From Squalus acanthias (lineage: Eukaryota): DNA of 64,000 nucleotides. This document shows positions 58,192 through 64,000 of this stretch, in pieces (position 1 is the stretch's first letter; each line of letters opens with the position of its first letter). The notes beneath the pieces were generated by a model that was given only the letters and a program-made list of their open reading frames with translations, ran no database searches and had not been told where the DNA came from. The translations under genes were made by a program, and so were the position numbers. Where the stretch lies: NCBI GenBank assembly GCA_030390025.1, contig CM059432.1, positions 105,030,001 through 105,094,000 of the forward strand, in the 5' to 3' direction.

Positions 58192-58850
58192 TATGAACGG
58201 ACACCGCGCAACAATCACCAGGCAGGAGTGTTCCCTCCCAGTCGGGGAACACTTCAGCAGTCAAGGACATTCAGCCTCCGATCTTTGGGTAAGCATTCTC
58301 CAAGGCGGCCTTCGAGACACACGACAACGCAAAATCGTCGAGCAGAAACTGATAGCCAAGTTCCGCACCCATGAGGACGGCCTCAACTGGGTTCTTGGGT
58401 TCATGTCACGCTACATGTAACCCCACCTGACGTAAAGTCATCCAGACTCGAGTCGTCGTTGGCTTGTTCTCTCTACACAGATGCGGCCGGACCTGCTGTG
58501 ATTTCCAGCAAAAAAAGTTTTTTGTTTTCCATACAGACCCCAGCATCTGCCACATTGTCTTTGATGTAATGTTTTCCTGACTGACCCGTTTGGACACCAT
58601 CCACATCTTTGATTGCCGTGATTATCTCTCTGCCGAGGTGTGATAAAGGGCAGTTGGAAAGATTAACTGTAATCATCTGGCAGTGTTCTCTGGCTATATA
58701 TGCTGTGCCTATATGCATCTCTTCACTTCACCTGATGAAGGAGCAGCGCTCCGAAAGCTTGTGATTTCAAATAAACCTGTTGGACTATAACCTGGTGTTG
58801 TGCAACTTCTCACATTTGTCCACCCCAGTCCAACACCGGCATCTCCACAT
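58192..58850 (+). mobile_element. Penelope 3' fragment (GIY-YIG C-terminus and 3' repeat)
   Basis: MNGHR..PVGEHF..EQKLIAKFRTHEDGLN, with a downstream hammerhead. Confidence 0.8.
58728..58764 (+). ncRNA. Minimal type I hammerhead ribozyme of Penelope
   Basis: TCAC CTGATGA A GGAGC AGC GCTCC GAAA GCTT GTGA: stems I and II, and a palindromic AAGCTT stem III. Confidence 0.82.
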
Positions 58851-58999
58851 CAGGTTTATATGTGTGGCATTTGCTCATTTGTTACCCTCAACAATGTTCT
58901 TGGGTTGTACTCTCAACCTGTGATCCCTTCTCCGATCTTGTGTAACCTACTACCTACAAATGCACCTTCCCTCAGAATGCGTCTTGCATGAGCAAGCCT

Positions 59000-59300
59000 C
59001 CCTAACTCACCACACCTGTCCTTTCTTGCTTTCTGCTCCACTTATAACCTTATGTGTCAAACTCTTTTAACAAAAGATTCTGCTTAGCCTTCACTGCAAT
59101 ACTTATGTCCTTGCTTCTCTCTCATAGGAGAAGGTAGCCCATAACTGCCAGGAATGTCAGGCCTCGGGTGGTGGTTCCCTTCCTCCCCCAATAATAGACC
59201 TCAGACCCCTCATGAAGCAGAAGCCTTGGAGATCTGGGGAGTCATGATGCCAAATCTGTTGGGGAAGAGAAATAGGCGGGCCAGTGGTACTGCAGATTTG
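59000..59300 (+). mobile_element. Highly decayed Harbinger Myb exon-2 fragment
   Basis: CTCTCATAG|GAGAAGGTAGCCCATAAC resembles CTTGCAG|GAGAAAGTGGTACATAAC at about 55781. Confidence 0.5.
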
Positions 59301-59821
59301 ACCGGACTATCTGCAGCTTGTGGATATAATGGTTTAGGAGATTTTTCTAAACACATCAATTAATGCTGATATTTCAGACAAAGTTTGTGGACATTAAAAG
59401 CCTCTGAATTCCTCGTTTTCTGCAACCTTAACTTAAGTTAGGTGCAATTCTCTGTAAATGGCAGAATTTCTGGGACAGGAGCTTTTGCATTCTTTATCCC
59501 ATTATTTGCATCCTTGCACCACCTTGGAGGTGGGCACATCTTCTGCCAGCAGCCAATGCTACAGGAATTTACAGAACAGTTTTAACTTTGGCCAGTCTGA
59601 CTCACACCCCAAATTCTACTCCCCTACACCAGAACTACACCATTCTTTTCCTCCATGGTACACAAAAACATCCCTTGAATATATGCAGGTGTGATTTTGT
59701 TTTGTATCTCAGCAAGTCCATCAAAGTCCTTATCCAGTATTTGCTGAAATAGGATGTTCAAAACAGGGATATGTAAAACTTTCAGTATCATCTACAAGAT
59801 GCACTGCAGTAACTCACCTTA

Positions 59822-60776
59822 CTTCTTCCTTCTTAGGCAGTCCCTCGGAACCGAGGATGACTTGCTTCCACATTAAAAATGAGTTCTCAGGTGACTGATG
59901 AGTCCAGTGTGGGACCTACAGTCTCTGTCACAGGTGGAGCAGACGGTGGTTGAAGGGGCGGGTGGGTGGGGTGTTTGGGTTGACGTGCGCTCCTTGCACT
60001 GCCTGCGCTTGGCTTCTGCTTGCTCCCGGCGAAGAGACTCGAGGTGTTCGGCGCCTTCCCGGATGCTTCTCCTCCACTTTGTGCGGTCTTGGGCCAGGGA
60101 TTCCCAGGTGTCAGTGGGGATGTTACACTTTTTCAAGGAGGCTTTGAGGGTGTCCTTGAAGCGTTTCCTCTGCCAACCTGGGGCTCTCTTGCCGTGCCGG
60201 AGCTCCGAGTAGAGTGCTTGTTTTGGGAGTCTCGTATCGGGCATGTGGACAATGTGACCCGTCCATCGGAGCTGATCGAGCGTGGTCAAAGCTTCGATGC
60301 TGGGGATGTTGGCCTGAGCAAGAACACTGACGTTGGTGCGCCTATCCTGCCAATGGATTTGCAGGATCTTACGGAGGCAGCGTTGGTGGTACCTCTCCAG
60401 TGCTTTGAGGTGCCTGTTGTACATGGTCCATGTCTCTGAGGCATCCAGCAGGGCGGGTCTGTAGACCATGAGCTGAGTGCCGGGTTTGAGGTCCTGGTCT
60501 TCAAACACTCTTCCTCAGGCGACCGAAGGCTGCACTGGCACACTGAAAGCGGTGTTGGACTTCGTCGTCGACGTATGCCCTTGTTGACAGTAGGCTCCCG
60601 AGGTATGAAAAGTGGTCCACATTGTCCAAGGCCTTGTCGTGGATTTTGATAATCGGGGGGCAGTACTGTGTGGCGGGGGCAGGTTTGTAGAGGACCTTTG
60701 TCTTACGGATGTTTAGTGTAAGGCCCATGCTCTCGTACGCTTCGGTGAAGGTGTTGACGATGGTTTTGAGGTCCTG
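59822..60776 (-). mobile_element. RTE (BovB-like) LINE 3' portion
   Basis: GLTLNIRKTKVL, FSYLGS, AFGRL, QLRWTGHIVHMPDTRLPKQ and C-terminal CSTCDRDC..HLRTH; AAG-rich tail. Confidence 0.9.
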
Positions 60777-61108
60777 GAAAAATGAATTTGAGTGCATGGC
60801 TGTCTTGGTTTTAATACAGAGAGGGGGTAGGGAGGAGGAAGTGTGTAGGATAGTGTATTTGAGGCTTACAGGGAACAAGAGATGGAGGCTCAGACGAGCA
60901 CTGCCCATATTAGTATCAATAAAACTGAGAAATTAAAAAAAAATTATAATGGAGACGTTGAGAAAAAGAGAGAGAGGTTGGAGGCTAGAGGTGAGAGAGC
61001 AATCGCCTATCAAACAACAAGCTTTTTCTAGTACCCTGTTCAGAAGTGAGATATTAGAATAATTTCACCCACTTATTGGAGCTGTATTCAAATTTTTGTA
61101 TGAACTTC

Positions 61109-61859
61109 GGGGGAAAATTGAGTCGCACCCCCTTTGGGGCGCTAACTTCGCTGGGGCGCTACTTTTAGCTCCCCATAAAAATTAGCGCCCCCGCGCCGGA
61201 AATTGAGTGGTTGCGCCCCAAGAGGGAAGCGGGGCACTACTGGAAGCGCCCCGCGTCCCTCTTGGGGCGCTGCGAGTCAATATCGTGGCGCTGCGGCACG
61301 TCGCACCGCGGTATTGCAGGCCTTCCTCCCCTTCTTAAAGGGGAGGGGCCTTGTGCAGCGTGAACCGGGGCCCAGCTGGGCCCCCGGGGATCGGGAGTGC
61401 CGGCAAAAGAGCCTGGCACTCAAGAGAAGTGCCGGGCTCTTGGAGCGCAGCCGGCACTTCGCGGGGGTGGGGGCTTCACGGGGGCCGGGCACAGCAACGG
61501 GGGCAGGTGCTGGCAGGCGGCCAGCAACAAAAATGGCCGCCCGCCACCTCCCCTTTAACTACGCCGCCCCGGCCGCAGGTAGGCCCCCCTGACCCCGTCG
61601 GACTTAGTGTCCGGCGGTAAGTCAAGGGGTGCTACTGAAGATCGCGGCCGGAGCGCGAGTGGGCTGCTGCGCACGGCGATGACGTCATCGCCGGCGGCGC
61701 AGCGCCACAGGGCGCTACCGGTTAGCGCCGCCGTTAACCTCCCGCTGAGTTTCACGGGAGGCGTGGGCGGCGCCGCACCCGGGTGCTAGTTGCTTTGCGC
61801 CCCATTAGCGCCCTCTTAAGGTGCTAACGGGAGGCGCAAACCAACTGAATTTTTCCCCC
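61109..61859. mobile_element. Non-autonomous Harbinger (MITE) sharing its right end with the element at 1-2913
   Basis: TIRs GGGGGAAAATT and AATTTTTCCCCC; 61804-61859 nearly identical to 2858-2913. Confidence 0.85.
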
Positions 61860-62776
61860 TTAGGCTTTATAAAAACCTTAGAGTTATTGAAGAAACTGCT
61901 TTTTGGGAGCACCATTATGTAAAGTAGATAGAATGCAAAATCCCATAAGGTATGAGAATATTGTATCTGAAATCCTAATAAGTGATCTCTATTATTCAAG
62001 GAGTATCAGATGAATGTTTTCCTCCTGTTCATAATACATGCATATTGGAGAACAGCGTTGGAATTTATCATTCACATCTAAATTAGCTTTCCCTTGAATC
62101 ATCTTACATAACCTGGTCCAAATTATATTGATAGTTACACAAGCCAAGCTGATCACCACAGGAGTGTAGTACAACACAGCAATGAAGTTTCAAAGTTAGC
62201 AAAGGTGAAGTCAGACACAGAGATATATTAACCTACACTATATTTAACAATATCTGTAATCACACAATTGACACAATCATAAGGTTAAATATTGAAAGGT
62301 TACAATAAGTACTTGGATATGGATTATTGTCAAAGTTTAGATCATCATCAGCGCAACCATAATTTAAGTGTATCACAATTTCTCAGCCTTAGTTGGGTTT
62401 TGGTTAATAACAGTATCACAGAACTACGAAACAAAAATGGAAAATTATCAAAACATTCGGCAGGCCAGGCCGCATCTGTGATGTGATCAGAGGAGTTAAT
62501 GTTTTGGGTGTGGATGATTTTCCTTGCTCCCCTCCGCCTAAGGCTGGACAGGAGCCATGCACCAGAAATGCACTGAACTTGTCTAGTCTCCGGTAAACCT
62601 ACATTTTCTGTCCCAGGCCATTAACATGACTTGAGGGCACCCTGGAGCATACCCTGCCCCTGACCAGGCCCAGTGCTAGAAAACCAAGGGGAAAATTGGT
62701 CTGAAAACCAGCCTTAACATGTTCAGGGTGCCTAGGGAGAGCAGAAGATCCCAAGGCCCAAAGATCTGCTGGATGA

Positions 62777-64000
62777 ACATAGGAACATAGGAACAGGAGT
62801 AGACCATTGAGCCCCTCGAGCCTGTTCCGCCATCAATGAGATCATGGCTGATCTGTGACTTAACTCCATACACCCGCCATTGCCCCATATCCCTTAATAC
62901 CTTTGGTTAACAAAAATCTTTCAATCTCAGATTTAAATTAACAATTGACCTAGCATCAACTGCCGTTTGCAGAAGAGAGTTCCAAACATCTACCACCCTT
63001 TGCATGTAGAAGTGTTTCCTAACTTCACTCCTGAAAGGCCTGGCTCTAGTTTTTAGGCTCTGTTCCCTAGTCCGAGACTCCCCATCCAGCAGAAATAGTT
63101 TCTCTCTATCTACCCTATCAGTTCCCCTTAATATCTTGAAAACTTTGATCAAATCAAATTAACCTTCTAATTTCCAGGGAATACAACCCTAGTTTGTGTA
63201 ATCGCTCCTTGTAATTCAACCCTTGGAGTCCGGGTATCATTCTGGTAAACCTATGCTGCACTCCCTCCAAGGCCTATATATCCTTCCTACGGTGTGGTGC
63301 CCAGAACTGCTCTCAGTACTCCAGCTGTGGTCTAACCAGGGTTTTGTATAGCTGTAGCATAACTTCTACCTCCTTGTATTCTAGTCTTCTAGATATAAAG
63401 GCCATCATTCCATTAGCCTTTTTGATTATTTTCTGTACCTGTCTATGCATTTTAATGATCTATGTACATGAACCTCGAAGTCTCTTTGGACCTCCACTAT
63501 TTCTAGTTTTTCACCATTTAGAAAGTACTCTGACCTATCCTTTTTAGGTCCAAAGTGGATGGCCTCACACTTGCCTATATTGAAATCCATTTGCCACAAT
63601 TTTGGCCATTCACATAATCTATTAATATCTCTTTGTAATTTTATGCTTCCACCTACATTGCTTACAATGCCGCCTATCTTTGTGGCATCGGCAAACTTGG
63701 ATATGTGGTTCTCTATCCCATCATTTAAGTTGTTAATAAATACAGTGAATAGCTGCGGCCCCAACACAGATCCCTGTGGGACACCACTAGTCACATCCTG
63801 CCAATTAGAGTACCTGCCCATTATCCCTACTCTCTGTCTCCTGCCCCACAGCCAATTTCCTAACCAGGTCAATAACTTGTTTTCAATTGCATGAGCGTCA
63901 ACTTTAGCTAACAGTCTCTTATGAGGGAATTTATCAAATACCTTCTGGAAGTTCTTTTAAATAACATCCATAGACATTCCCCTGTCCACTACTTTAGTCA
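62777..64000 (-). mobile_element. CR1 LINE, decayed, runs off the window
   Basis: GVPQGSVLGP, FADATK and HFYMQRVVDVWNSL motifs; (AACATAGG)n tail. Confidence 0.9.

Noticed and set aside
61109..61859. CpG-island promoter of a host gene
   Set aside because: Bounded by Harbinger TIRs and shares sequence with 2858-2913 and 23887-24092.

Overview
This is eukaryotic DNA made almost entirely of nested transposable elements. The repeat set (a V-SINE with a CR1-type tail, DeuSINE-like SINEs, abundant CR1 LINEs, Penelope, RTE and Harbinger elements) points to a cartilaginous fish (shark or ray) genome; that is an inference. No host gene could be identified with confidence. The main feature is a young, nearly intact 12.8-kb LTR provirus at 25373-38160. 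It has 1.7-kb LTRs that are about 99% identical and a tRNA-Ser-like PBS. Its gag has a CCHC knuckle and a PSAPPSY late domain. Its pol is in the same frame as gag behind a UGA-CUAG readthrough-type stop, and carries PR, RT, a degenerate RNase H, a second active RNase H, and IN. Its env is not gamma-type but looks like a class I viral F-type fusion protein, with an immunoglobulin-like domain near the N-terminus that two single-A deletions split across three reading frames. This architecture fits the lokiretrovirus grade. A second, deleted element with a homologous env remnant (38662-41766) sits 500 bp away in the same LINE. Also present are an intact Harbinger transposase with its Myb-like partner, several decayed Harbingers and MITEs, two to three solo LTRs, Penelope elements with minimal hammerhead ribozymes, and a 49-bp tandem repeat.
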